Source of the DNA: a virus
Taxonomy: Duplodnaviria; Caudoviricetes
Length of the DNA: 37,802 bases
Strand: one strand, 5' to 3'
Virus record (IMG/VR): IMGVR_UViG_3300035494_000040
Coordinates: 1-37,802 of that record
In this document: positions 9,031 to 18,813 of the stretch, one piece after another
Position numbering within the stretch: the stretch's first letter is position 1
Layout: each line of letters starts with the position of its first letter
Notes under the pieces: generated by a model
What the model saw: the letters and a program-made list of their open reading frames with translations, nothing else
Databases searched by the model: none
Told to the model about the DNA's origin: nothing
Program-made: the position numbers and the translations under genes

Positions 9031-9063
9031 TTCTAGGGTGGGAAAGTACCACCAAATCCATTT

Positions 9064-9123
9064 AAACCGCATTAATTGAGCGGTTTTTTCGTTTTCAGGC
9101 CTCAGCATTAGCTGGGGCTTTTT
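9064..9123 (+). terminator. Tandem tR'-like terminators
   Basis: AAACCGC...GCGGTTTTTT and GGCCTCAGC-ATTA-GCTGGGGC-TTTTT. Confidence 0.75.
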
Positions 9124-9146
9124 CGTTTCTGGACTCTGAGGGCTCC

Positions 9147-9650
9147 GTGATGAACCAATCTGATTGCGATGTAAATATAGCCGACTGCATCAAAAATAAA
9201 AGCATGAATATGGTGGCGATGCCGTATTACAAATGCCACAAGCAAGTGCATGCAATTCCTTTGACTCGCGGCGTTTATAACAAGGTGCGTGGTTGGGATA
9301 TTCCAGAGAATGAAGATCCTGATGATGACGGCTACTTAGTCGTCTATAACCGCGGTACTGCTGATGAGTACGTGAGTTGGTCACCTAAGCATGTGTTCGA
9401 TGATGGTTATTCGTTTAATGATTCAGAGCTAGATAGCGGTTCAACAGAGCCTCCATTCATTCAGCGCATGCGGGCTGAATACTCTGAGCTTGTTGAACGT
9501 GGCGATAACCTGTCAGGTTTTACTAATTCACAAAAGTTCTTTGAACTTGATATGGATATGCGACAAGCAATGTGTGAGCAACTCCATGCTATGACGAAAT
9601 ACAGAAATGCACTTAAACACCGATTTTCCTTGTTGGGTATCGAGGTTTAG
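9147..9650 (+). CDS. Two-domain phage protein (GYLV.Y...SWSPK domain plus crAss001_48-like helical domain); start uncertain
   Basis: Motif recognition in both halves. Confidence 0.7.
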   Translation: MMNQSDCDVNIADCIKNKSMNMVAMPYYKCHKQVHAIPLTRGVYNKVRGWDIPENEDPDDDGYLVVYNRGTADEYVSWSPKHVFDDGYSFNDSELDSGSTEPPFIQRMRAEYSELVERGDNLSGFTNSQKFFELDMDMRQAMCEQLHAMTKYRNALKHRFSLLGIEV

Positions 9651-9653
9651 CCA

Positions 9654-10175
9654 ATGAAGCGTATCGGTGTTGCCAGTCTCAGTATGTCTGCTGCTGCACT
9701 AGTAACCCTTGTTGTCTCCGAATGGTTTACCCCAGTGGCCACGATTCCAGTTAAAGGCGACCGTCCTACTGTTGGATTCGGTTCCACATATCACATCGAC
9801 GGAACGCCGGTTAAAGCCGGTGACAAGTTGACGCCTGTTCAAGCATTAAAGACAGCCCAATCCCATATCTCAAAAGATGAACAGCGGTTCCGCGATTCAC
9901 TGCCTGGTGTCGAGATGACACAAGCAGAATACGACAACTATATCGACTGGGTGTACCAGTATGGCATAGGCAGGTGGATTAACTCACCTATGCGTAAATC
10001 GCTGGTATCTGGTGACCACGCCGCCGCATGTGATGCGCTATTGCTGCCGCAATATCAGACTATCGCAGGATATGACTGTTCAACACCTGGTAACAAGCGC
10101 TGTTATGGCGTTTATACCCGCAACTTAAAACGCCACCAAACGTGCCTTGATGCACAGGAGAAAACCGATGATTGA
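9654..10175 (+). CDS. Endolysin, GH24 lysozyme, probable SAR type
   Basis: Ala/Ser-rich hydrophobic N-terminus, then E...GDRPTVGFGST. Confidence 0.9.
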   Translation: MKRIGVASLSMSAAALVTLVVSEWFTPVATIPVKGDRPTVGFGSTYHIDGTPVKAGDKLTPVQALKTAQSHISKDEQRFRDSLPGVEMTQAEYDNYIDWVYQYGIGRWINSPMRKSLVSGDHAAACDALLLPQYQTIAGYDCSTPGNKRCYGVYTRNLKRHQTCLDAQEKTDD

Positions 10176-10758
10176 ATTTTTAAAAGGGAAGGCCACTGCA
10201 CTGCTTGGTATTGCGCTGTTGGTAGTTATGGCAATGTTCATGATGGTAAAAGTTGACCTTTCTACGACTACCACAGCACTGACGGACGCCAACGCTGCCA
10301 AACAGGTTCTGCAGACTGACTCTGACCGGTTGGCAAGCGAAGTCACTGAATTATCCAAGCAGGTCGCCTATGCCAATGCAGAACGTGACCGGCTGGCAAC
10401 CGCATTGAAATCGACGGAGCAAAGCAAGCAGCAATTGTCTGAACAGTATGCGGTACTTGATAAACGGATGACTGTGATGCTTCAGGAGGCTACCGATGAA
10501 CATACGCAAAACTGGCGCAATGATTACGTGCCTGATGACGCTGTGCGGCTGCTCGTCAATGCCGCCAGTTGTGCGGAACATCCCGACTCCGCACGTTGTT
10601 TACGTACTGACGCCGGAAGCATTGATAACGCGGTGCCACGTAACCATTCCGGATCATCAAGTAATCCAGTGCCTACAGCAAAGCTCAGGCCGATGTCTTT
10701 CAAACCCGGCAATGTTGTCGCTGATAACTGGTCTGTACGCAGATCTTGGCAGATGTAA
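10168..10758 (+). CDS. Inner-membrane spanin (Rz-like)
   Basis: N-terminal TM, coiled coil, W...VPDDAVRLL; AGGAG RBS. Confidence 0.8.
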   Translation: MIEFLKGKATALLGIALLVVMAMFMMVKVDLSTTTTALTDANAAKQVLQTDSDRLASEVTELSKQVAYANAERDRLATALKSTEQSKQQLSEQYAVLDKRMTVMLQEATDEHTQNWRNDYVPDDAVRLLVNAASCAEHPDSARCLRTDAGSIDNAVPRNHSGSSSNPVPTAKLRPMSFKPGNVVADNWSVRRSWQM

Positions 10759-10825
10759 CCTGGACTGGCAGGCATTAGAGAAGTGGCAGGCTGAAAAGAA
10801 AGCTGAGTTAAAGCGAGCTAACTAA
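10496..10825 (+). CDS. Outer-membrane spanin lipoprotein (Rz1-like), overlapping Rz
   Basis: Lipobox LCGC, Pro-rich segment, CNLDWQAL; GGAGG RBS. Confidence 0.8.
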   Translation: MNIRKTGAMITCLMTLCGCSSMPPVVRNIPTPHVVYVLTPEALITRCHVTIPDHQVIQCLQQSSGRCLSNPAMLSLITGLYADLGRCNLDWQALEKWQAEKKAELKRAN

Positions 10826-10845
10826 ATATATGAGGACATCATGAA

Positions 10846-11277
10846 ATGAATATTCTTCTTGTAATTATCGCTGCTTCTACCAGTGTCATAACATTCTTTA
10901 TCCTGTTATATGCAGCAAAATCTGAGATTAAAAACGCTAACGAGACAATAGAAAACATGTTGCAACAGCATGATTTATTGCTCAAATCCCAGCAATCCAC
11001 TATCAATTACCTGACATCGCAAAATGCGCATTTTGTTGACGCTGACAAGCTGTTTTCAACACACGATAATCGACATAAGAACTCTGTGGAAGTGCATTCT
11101 CTACGGGGTAAAATTAATCCAACTGGTAGTGTTATCGTAACCCTATCAAGCGGGGAGCAGGACATAATCGAGGGTCGATGCTCTTCAATTTACACGCGTT
11201 ATTATCCTGAACACATTGTTTCAGCACTGCCTGACGATCATTCTATTGCAGCAGTCTCAGTTCACAACGCTGAATAA
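10846..11277 (+). CDS. Hypothetical membrane-anchored protein
   Basis: N-terminal TM helix; GAGGA RBS. Confidence 0.65.
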   Translation: MNILLVIIAASTSVITFFILLYAAKSEIKNANETIENMLQQHDLLLKSQQSTINYLTSQNAHFVDADKLFSTHDNRHKNSVEVHSLRGKINPTGSVIVTLSSGEQDIIEGRCSSIYTRYYPEHIVSALPDDHSIAAVSVHNAE

Positions 11278-11313
11278 ATAGCAACAAACTGGCCACCACC
11301 GGAGGCCGCAACT

Positions 11314-11601
11314 ATGAGAATAGTCGAGAGAATACGCATGGACAGAACAACATCGGCGGTTAGCTATACAGCCTCAGGGATTAGTTTCTTCGGTGGACTC
11401 ATGACATTAAATGACCTGGCACTGATAGTAGGTATTTTCTGCGCCATTGCCACACTGTTAATCAACAAGTGGTATCAGAAGCGCGAAGATATAAGGAAAG
11501 CTAAGTTCATGGAAGAGCAAAGCATCAGGGAAAAGGCTCAGGAAGAGCGAGAAAAGGAACTTCATGCTGCGCGGATGAAGCAGCTAAACACTGGAAGTTA
11601 A
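11314..11601 (+). CDS. Putative holin
   Basis: Hydrophobic segments followed by INKWYQKRE and a charged tail. Confidence 0.75.
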   Translation: MRIVERIRMDRTTSAVSYTASGISFFGGLMTLNDLALIVGIFCAIATLLINKWYQKREDIRKAKFMEEQSIREKAQEEREKELHAARMKQLNTGS

Positions 11602-11673
11602 CCGCCGGGGCCGCGCTGGGAAGCGCCGCTGCATGATGCACCCGGCACCTATTTTTTATCAGCAGGTAATCAG

Positions 11674-12291
11674 ATGAATCGACCAACGCCACCGCGATCA
11701 CTGCTGGATGCTGAGGCAATTCTGTTCCCTGTTGTTGCGCCAGCGCCAGAATTAAAGGCATGGGTATACGAAACATTTCTTGCTGACACTGGCGAGCTGC
11801 ACAATCCACAGCACTGGCACCTGATTGATTCTGATGTCGAATTTATGTGGGCATCAACGGCGTTTGAAAAGAAAGGCCGTGTGGTTTTAGGTCAATGCGA
11901 GCAGGTGATGTTACGCGCTGGTGGCTGGCAAAAAGTCAGACTAGAGCAGCAATATCGCGACTGGTTCGGTCGCATTCCGAAATTCCTAATCACAATTGCA
12001 GCAGATTACAGCTCTGAGTGCTCAGATACCGACTTCTGCGCGTTGGTAGAGCACGAGCTGTATCACATCGCTCAGGCCGTGGATATCGATGGTGAGCCGA
12101 AATTCAATGATGAAGGCATGCCAGTGCTGACAATGCGTGACCACGATGTAAACGAGTTCACTGCCATTGTGAGCCGATATGGTGCCAGCGCAGACGTTGC
12201 AGAAATGGTAGCGGCTGCAAATCAACAGCCAACAGTGGCTAAATCAAATATCGCGCGAGCGTGTGGAACCTGCATCCGCGCTGTAGCGTAG
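11674..12291 (+). CDS. Putative phage metallopeptidase
   Basis: LVEHELYHI HExxH and RDHDVNEF motifs; precedes terminase. Confidence 0.85.
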   Translation: MNRPTPPRSLLDAEAILFPVVAPAPELKAWVYETFLADTGELHNPQHWHLIDSDVEFMWASTAFEKKGRVVLGQCEQVMLRAGGWQKVRLEQQYRDWFGRIPKFLITIAADYSSECSDTDFCALVEHELYHIAQAVDIDGEPKFNDEGMPVLTMRDHDVNEFTAIVSRYGASADVAEMVAAANQQPTVAKSNIARACGTCIRAVA

Positions 12292-12304
12292 GAAAGGCAG
12301 GACG

Positions 12305-12745
12305 ATGAAAAGAGCGCTACCGCCAGAAGTTAAAGTTTTCATCGTCCAGTGTGTCGCCTGTTATGACACACCACTTATGGTTGTTAAAAAGGTAAAGGAA
12401 GAGTTCGGACTCGACATGATACGTCAGCATGTCGAGCAGTACGATCCCACTAAAAAGATGGGCAAAAACCTATCTAAGCGGCTTTGCGACTTATTCTACG
12501 CGACCCGCAAACGCTTCAACGATGATATCACCGATATTGCCATTGCCAACAAAGCATATCGGCTGCGCGTTCTTGACCGCATGGCCGCTGACACTGAGGG
12601 CCGCAAGAACTACAAAATGACGGCCGCATTTTTGGAGCAGGCAGCTAAAGAAGTTGGTGATGCTTATGCGCCACAGAAGCAGCAATCAAGCGGAAATGAT
12701 GTTGCTGAGGCTTTATCTGCACTCATTGACAAACTGCCGGGGTAG
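12305..12745 (+). CDS. terS: Terminase small subunit (DUF2280-like)
   Basis: KVFIVQCVACYDTP...YDPTK...IANKAYRLR...LEQAAKEVG; directly before terL. Confidence 0.8.
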   Translation: MKRALPPEVKVFIVQCVACYDTPLMVVKKVKEEFGLDMIRQHVEQYDPTKKMGKNLSKRLCDLFYATRKRFNDDITDIAIANKAYRLRVLDRMAADTEGRKNYKMTAAFLEQAAKEVGDAYAPQKQQSSGNDVAEALSALIDKLPG

Positions 12746-12747
12746 CA

Positions 12748-14088
12748 ATGACGGCATTAACGACTGGCAATCTGCTGCTCGATAGACAACTATCGCGATG
12801 GTATCCGCTAAAAGACCATCCTGTTCAATTAGCGCTTATACAGGCTGTTCATGATGGCATTAGGTTTCCACTGGTTCCAGCTGGTCGCCGCAGTGGCAAG
12901 ACTGAGCGATTCAAGCGTTTTTTGGTTAAGCAGGCCAACGCTGTAGTTGGGCAGTATTTCGCAGCCGCTCCAACGCACGACCAAGCAAAAAAGATTTATT
13001 GGAATGACCTGAAAGCCTTCACGCTCTCAAGCATTCATCCTAAGCGACCGTCAGAGTCTGACCGGATTATATACCTGCCAAACGGCAGCGAAATCCACGT
13101 TTTCGGGCTTGATAAGCCGCAGCGTATTGAGGGTATCCCATGGAAGGGGGGCGGCATTGATGAATTTGCCGACATCAAAGCTGATGCGTGGGAAGCGAAC
13201 ATTCTACCAGCGCTGAACACGGTAAACCCGTTAGACCCTGATTATCGCGCATGGTGCTGGCTTCTCGGTGTTCCAGACGGCTTAAATCATTATTACGATT
13301 TGTGCCATAAGGCCGAAGCTGGTGAGGACAGTAATTTCAAAGTCTTTCACTGGACGTCAGCCGAGATTTTGCCACCTGACGTAATCAAAGCTATGAAAAT
13401 GGCGATGTCTGCTAAGCAATTCAGGCAGGAATTTGAAGCCAGCTTTGAAACTGCCAGCGGCAGGATTTACGAAGACTACAGCAAGGCTAATCACACGACT
13501 GAGCGTATTCAGCCGCATGAGCAATTGCTGTGGATGCACGACCAGAACTTTACGCCGCTGTCGTCTGCGATAGGAGTTAGGCGTAACGATGGCAAAGACC
13601 TATACCTGCTTGATGAAATCGTGCTGATAAGCGCTGTTTCCGCTCAGTCAGCAATGGAATTTGTTGAGAAATTCAAGAGCCACCAAAACAAAACTGTGCT
13701 GCTTTACGGCGACCCGGCAGGCCGCGCAGGTGAAAAGCATGGTCACGCATCTGATTACACCGACATTAAGCGCATCTTGACCGCTGCTGGATGGAAAGTT
13801 GTTGACCGGGTGCAGAAAAGTCATCCGGCTATCAAAGACCGCCAAAACGCCGTTAGGGCCAAGATTAAAACCGCTGCCGGAACAACAAGCCTCTATGTTA
13901 ATCCGGTCACCGCCCCATGGTGTGACAAGGGGCTGGCAACTGTTCAGCTTAAAAAAGGCTCTACGTTTCAGGAAGAGCAGAAAGATAACGATTACCAACA
14001 CATCACGACAGCGATCGGCTACTGCGTTGCTGTCGAATGGCCTATTGACAGAAAAGCTGTCGGCACTATGCAAATACGGGGTTTATGA
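12748..14088 (+). CDS. terL: Terminase large subunit
   Basis: Walker A AGRRSGKT, Walker B IDEFAD, nuclease-domain GDPAG. Confidence 0.93.
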   Translation: MTALTTGNLLLDRQLSRWYPLKDHPVQLALIQAVHDGIRFPLVPAGRRSGKTERFKRFLVKQANAVVGQYFAAAPTHDQAKKIYWNDLKAFTLSSIHPKRPSESDRIIYLPNGSEIHVFGLDKPQRIEGIPWKGGGIDEFADIKADAWEANILPALNTVNPLDPDYRAWCWLLGVPDGLNHYYDLCHKAEAGEDSNFKVFHWTSAEILPPDVIKAMKMAMSAKQFRQEFEASFETASGRIYEDYSKANHTTERIQPHEQLLWMHDQNFTPLSSAIGVRRNDGKDLYLLDEIVLISAVSAQSAMEFVEKFKSHQNKTVLLYGDPAGRAGEKHGHASDYTDIKRILTAAGWKVVDRVQKSHPAIKDRQNAVRAKIKTAAGTTSLYVNPVTAPWCDKGLATVQLKKGSTFQEEQKDNDYQHITTAIGYCVAVEWPIDRKAVGTMQIRGL

Positions 14089-15440
14089 TGCCAGTTAACA
14101 CGCTCCATCCGCGATATAGTGAAATGCAGGCTGATTGGGAAATCATGCTGGAAGCAATTGGCGGTGAGCATATTGTTAAGGCTAACGAGTTGCGTTTGCC
14201 GAAAACCGAAGGCATGAAAGAAGCCGAAAAGCTTAGCCAAGACAACTCATACATCTACAAAAGCTACGTTCAGCGCGCTGAATACCCGCACTGGGTGAAA
14301 GATGGGCTCAGAACGATGATGGGGCTAGTCACTAGGCTAGTGCCAGAGATTGAACTGCCTTCGCGTCTTGAGCATATGCGAAACAATGCTACTGCTGATG
14401 GTTTTGGCCTAACGCAGTTGTTCCAGCGCACAGTTGCAGCCGGTTTAGTATGCGGACGCAGTGAGCTGCTGGCTGATGTTGATGCCAAAGGGTTACCATT
14501 TATTGCCGTATACGGTGCACTTGATGCCATTAACTGGAAAGAGTCAGCCGTTGATGGCCGTAAAGATTTGACGCTTACGGTACTGCATGAGCTAAAGAGC
14601 AAAGACAATGACGAGTTTAGTCACGATTCAGAAATTGTTTATCGCATTCTCGATTTAGAAGAGGGGCTATACCGGGTGCGGGTGGTAAATTCCGCTGGTG
14701 AAGATATTGAAGATCCAAAGATACCAGGCAGCTATAATGCAGACGGATCTCTGGCAAGAGGCCTTGAATATATCCCGATTGTGTTTGCTGGATCTACCGA
14801 TAATGCCCCAGATCCTGACGAAATCCCGCTGTTGTCTATGGCAAAGGCCGCTCTGAAATACTACGAACTGTCAGCAGATTACTATCAGTCATTACACCGA
14901 ACAGCTCACCCGCAGCCGTGGGTATCTGGATTAAGTGAAGACCAGAACCTGCGCGTTACTGGGCCATCTGCCGCGTGGGCGCTTCCGGCTGATGCCGAGT
15001 GCGGCTATCTGGAAATCACCGGCGCTGGTATCGATAAAATCAAGGCGGCAATGGATGCGCAGAAAACATCCGCGCTTGAGTCTGGCGCCCGTGTAATTGA
15101 TGTTCAAGGCGTGGAGTCTGGCGATGCTCGCCGCGCCCGTCAGGATGACCAACAAGCCACGCTGCACACAGTTGTAATGAACGCAGCCGAGGCAGTAGAA
15201 CAAGCGCTGAGATTCGCGGCAAACTTCATCGGCATTGATGAAAAAGAGGTTAAATTCACGGTAAAACCAGATTTTTCCGTTGCCAACGTAGATCCGCAGA
15301 TGGCATCCCAGATATTGCAAGCGGTGATGGCTGGCAAGGTCAGCAACGAATCCTACTGGACGTACATCTCAACTGGGAAACTGCCGGAACGCGGTTGGAA
15401 TGATGAAGTCCTGATGATTGAAAACCCAAGCGGTGTTTAA
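14085..15440 (+). CDS. Portal protein (DUF4055-like)
   Basis: Size, position after terL, IPIVFAGS...PLL motifs. Confidence 0.88.
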   Translation: MMPVNTLHPRYSEMQADWEIMLEAIGGEHIVKANELRLPKTEGMKEAEKLSQDNSYIYKSYVQRAEYPHWVKDGLRTMMGLVTRLVPEIELPSRLEHMRNNATADGFGLTQLFQRTVAAGLVCGRSELLADVDAKGLPFIAVYGALDAINWKESAVDGRKDLTLTVLHELKSKDNDEFSHDSEIVYRILDLEEGLYRVRVVNSAGEDIEDPKIPGSYNADGSLARGLEYIPIVFAGSTDNAPDPDEIPLLSMAKAALKYYELSADYYQSLHRTAHPQPWVSGLSEDQNLRVTGPSAAWALPADAECGYLEITGAGIDKIKAAMDAQKTSALESGARVIDVQGVESGDARRARQDDQQATLHTVVMNAAEAVEQALRFAANFIGIDEKEVKFTVKPDFSVANVDPQMASQILQAVMAGKVSNESYWTYISTGKLPERGWNDEVLMIENPSGV

Positions 15441-16633
15441 TGTCAGCCAATAGTGATGTTATCGCCGCACAGAATGCGATTGCAGCGGCCATATCTCAAC
15501 ACGTCAGTTATCAGTACCGGGCATCTACAGCCGTTGTTAATAGCCTAAGCGATGAAATTGATGAACTGGCGGAAAAGCTAGCAAAGGACTTGCTGCACCG
15601 GCTGGATAATATCAGCCAGACAGAAATGCAGAATTTCCTTGTTGGTCGTTACAACACTACGCGGCTGCAAGGTCTACGAGACCAGATTGATGACTATGCG
15701 ACCTGGTTAGCTACTGCGCTGTCATCCAACTGGACCGATACAGCGATTGTGCTTGCAGGGTACGAAGCTACCTATATTGCTGAACTGCTGGGTAAAGTCA
15801 TTAGCGACTTACCATCAATAAAATTCACAGATAAAAATGTGTATCGCGCCGCGATGGACACGCCGTTTTCTGGCGGCGCTCCATATGGCGGCAGGTTAGT
15901 CGATACGTTGCTACAGGATTTTTCAGAGCCAAAACGACAGGCGATTTACGCAGCAATCCGCGCCGGTGTGGTTGCTGGTGACACTAACAGCGATATCGTC
16001 AAAACCATTCGCGGCACCAAGGCGCTGAATTATCAAGACGGTCTGGTTTATCAGACCAAGATGGACGCCGAAAGACTGGTGAGAACGGCACGCAGCCATA
16101 TCAGTAACCAGTCGTATAGCTACATCTATGACGAACTTGATGTTGAGTATCTAGTATTTACCGCCACGCTTGACGGCAGAACATCGAAGTTGTGCGCGTC
16201 ACTAGATGGAAAACGTTATGAACGAGATCAACCGCATCCAACGCCGCCACTGCACCCGCACTGCCGTAGCCAGTTGATACCTTCTTTAGATGGCAATTTG
16301 ATGGGCAATCGCCCATACGTTCGCGCTCTTAAAGTCAAAGGTCGTGATGGTGAACGCAAGTTCCGTAGCGTTGGCAACATGACTAAGAACCAGCGAGAAA
16401 AAGCTGGGCTTGAAGTTGGTCAGGTATCAGGAACAACAGATTATTCTAAGTGGTTTAGCGACCAAGACACCACATTTCAGCGTGAGTGGCTCGGGCCAAC
16501 GCGATATAAGCTCTATAGCGAAGGCAATTACAGCATAAGTCGCTTTGTAGATCCGCGCACTGGGCACCAATACACGATTGATGAGTTACGCATGCGGGAC
16601 GCTGATACGTTCCGGCAGATATTTGGCGAATAA
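15440..16633 (+). CDS. Head morphogenesis protein (SPP1 gp7/Mu F-like)
   Basis: ATLDGRTSKLC...PPLHPHCRS. Confidence 0.92.
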   Translation: MSANSDVIAAQNAIAAAISQHVSYQYRASTAVVNSLSDEIDELAEKLAKDLLHRLDNISQTEMQNFLVGRYNTTRLQGLRDQIDDYATWLATALSSNWTDTAIVLAGYEATYIAELLGKVISDLPSIKFTDKNVYRAAMDTPFSGGAPYGGRLVDTLLQDFSEPKRQAIYAAIRAGVVAGDTNSDIVKTIRGTKALNYQDGLVYQTKMDAERLVRTARSHISNQSYSYIYDELDVEYLVFTATLDGRTSKLCASLDGKRYERDQPHPTPPLHPHCRSQLIPSLDGNLMGNRPYVRALKVKGRDGERKFRSVGNMTKNQREKAGLEVGQVSGTTDYSKWFSDQDTTFQREWLGPTRYKLYSEGNYSISRFVDPRTGHQYTIDELRMRDADTFRQIFGE

Positions 16634-16652
16634 CCACCACAGATTTTAAACC

Positions 16653-16677
16653 AACCCGCTTCGGCGGGTTTTTTATT
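16653..16677 (+). terminator. Rho-independent terminator
   Basis: AACCCGC-TTCG-GCGGGTT plus T run. Confidence 0.75.
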
Positions 16678-16719
16678 GCCTGCTAGGCGGGCGCAAACTA
16701 ATCCCAAGGGGATACAGCT

Positions 16720-17484
16720 ATGCCATTAGAAATTGACTTGGCCGAACTTGGCCTCGAACTTGACGAAACAAAAGGTACTGCTCTCAAGGAGAAGCTTACC
16801 GGCTTGTTTCAGTCAGCCTTGGATAAGGAAGTTACTGGCCTAAAAACCAAAAACGGCGAACTTATCCAAAACAGTAAGGCCACTAAGCAGGAACTTGATG
16901 CGCTCAAGGCCCAGTTTGAAGGGCTCGATATTGAGTCTGTCAAAGGGCTGCTGGCCAGAGCATCGCAGGATGAAGAAACCAAGCTTATTGCCGAGGGCAA
17001 GCTTGATCAAGTCATTCAGCGCCGCACTGAGCGCTTACGTGCCGAGCTGGAAAAGAAATTCAATGCCGAAGTCGAAGGACGCACCAAGGCAGAGAAGAAA
17101 GCCAAGTCGCTAGAAGGTCGGGCAATTTCTGATGCAATCAAAAGCGGTGCCATTGAAGCAGGTGCGGAGAAATCTGCTCTTGATGACTTCGTGTATCGCG
17201 GAAACGGTTTCTGGCAATTGGACGATGAAGGCAATCTTGTCGCAATGAAAGATGGCGAAATCGTCTACGGCAAAGACGCCAAAACCCCGTTGACTCCCAA
17301 GGAGTGGGCGGAATCTCTGCGCGAAAGCGCTCCGCACTTGTTCCCTCACCAACAGGGGGCCGGTGCTGCTGGTGGCGGTAATGGTAAGGCCGTGAAGCCA
17401 CGTTCTCAAATGACCCCTGAAGAAAAACGCGCTTTTATTCAAAAGCACGGTCAGGAAGCTTTTCTCAAATTACCAAAGGAATAG
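16720..17484 (+). CDS. Capsid scaffolding protein
   Basis: Coiled coil, PHLFP-Gly linker, MTPEEK...HG tail; precedes capsid gene. Confidence 0.85.
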   Translation: MPLEIDLAELGLELDETKGTALKEKLTGLFQSALDKEVTGLKTKNGELIQNSKATKQELDALKAQFEGLDIESVKGLLARASQDEETKLIAEGKLDQVIQRRTERLRAELEKKFNAEVEGRTKAEKKAKSLEGRAISDAIKSGAIEAGAEKSALDDFVYRGNGFWQLDDEGNLVAMKDGEIVYGKDAKTPLTPKEWAESLRESAPHLFPHQQGAGAAGGGNGKAVKPRSQMTPEEKRAFIQKHGQEAFLKLPKE

Positions 17485-17494
17485 GAGAGTCTGA

Positions 17495-18445
17495 ATGGCT
17501 ACTACCGTAAATAGCGACTTGATCATTTATAACGATCTAGCGCAAACCGCATATCTGGAGCGTCTGCAAGATGTTCTGGACGTTTTCAACGCCGCCTCTA
17601 ACGGCGCAATCGTGCTGCGTAACGAACTGATTGAAGGTGATCTGCGTAAGCGTTCATTCTACAAAATCGGTGGTTCGCTTGGGCACCGTGACGTGAACTC
17701 TACCGCTACCGTTTCCGGGTCAAAGATCGGTGCTGGTGAGATGATCGGCATTAAATCGCCTTGGAAATATGGCCCTTATGAGACTACCGAAGAAGCCTTT
17801 AAGCGCCGGGCACGTTCACCAGAAGAGTTTTCCATGCTGGTAGGTCAGGATATGGCTGATGCGGCAATGGATTACTACATTCAGGCAGCATTCGCCGCAC
17901 TGAATGGCGCCATCGGCTCCAACGCCAGCATGGTGACCACCGCTGCTTTCGCTACAGACCACAAAAAGGTGCTGACCAAGGGCATGCGCAAATTTGGTGA
18001 TCGTTTCAACCGTATTGCCATGTTTGGCATGAGTTCTGCCGTGTACTTCGATCTGGTTGATGATGCTATCGACCAGAAGATTTACGAAGAAGCCGGCGTG
18101 GTCATTTATGGCGGTGTACCTGGCACTATGGGTAAACCAGTACTGGTATCTGACACCATCCCAGAAGAAAGCATCTACGGATTGCAGGCTGGCGCTGTCA
18201 GCATTACAGAATCGCAGGCTCCCGGAATCCGTTCGTACAATATCGACACACAGGAAAACTTGGCGTTGGGCTACCGCGCTGAGGGCGTGTTTAACGTCGA
18301 TATTCTCGGCTACAGCTGGAATGAAACTGCTGGCGGTGTTAATCCTAATCTGGCAGCACTGGCAGCAGTTGCTAACTGGGGCAAGTACGCTACCAGTGAC
18401 AAAGCAACCGCAGGTGTGTTGATTGACCTGTCAACTGCACCTTAA
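17495..18445 (+). CDS. Major capsid protein
   Basis: 316 aa after scaffold, strong RBS, followed by terminator. Confidence 0.9.
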   Translation: MATTVNSDLIIYNDLAQTAYLERLQDVLDVFNAASNGAIVLRNELIEGDLRKRSFYKIGGSLGHRDVNSTATVSGSKIGAGEMIGIKSPWKYGPYETTEEAFKRRARSPEEFSMLVGQDMADAAMDYYIQAAFAALNGAIGSNASMVTTAAFATDHKKVLTKGMRKFGDRFNRIAMFGMSSAVYFDLVDDAIDQKIYEEAGVVIYGGVPGTMGKPVLVSDTIPEESIYGLQAGAVSITESQAPGIRSYNIDTQENLALGYRAEGVFNVDILGYSWNETAGGVNPNLAALAAVANWGKYATSDKATAGVLIDLSTAP

Positions 18446-18453
18446 CCAAATAT

Positions 18454-18479
18454 GGCGGGGTAACTCCCGCCTATTTTTC
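18454..18479 (+). terminator. Terminator after capsid gene
   Basis: GGCGGG...CCCGCC plus T-rich tail. Confidence 0.6.
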
Positions 18480-18490
18480 TGGAGAAGATC

Positions 18491-18808
18491 ATGAAAAAAC
18501 TGTGTTATTCAAAACGTGGCGCTAAAACACCTGAAGGTTTTGCTGCTCGCAGCGCTGCTTACTTCGCTGGTGTTGAAAACGGTGTCGATGAAGTGGTTAT
18601 TGTGGGCGATTACCCAAACATCAAAGATGCCTACACCAAAGCAGAAGTAAAGGTGACGGTAGAAGAGGTGGAAACCGATACCAAAAAGGAAAAATCATTG
18701 AGTCTGACGGCGTTACGCAAGTTGCTGACATCTGCCAATGTTGAGTTTCCTGCTGACGCTTCGAAAGAAGATCTGCAAGCATTGGTTGATGCATTACCTA
18801 AGGCGTAA
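18491..18808 (+). CDS. Head-associated protein with HeH/LEM-like C-terminus
   Basis: LRKLLTSANVEFPADASKEDLQALV. Confidence 0.75.
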   Translation: MKKLCYSKRGAKTPEGFAARSAAYFAGVENGVDEVVIVGDYPNIKDAYTKAEVKVTVEEVETDTKKEKSLSLTALRKLLTSANVEFPADASKEDLQALVDALPKA

Positions 18809-18813
18809 TAACC

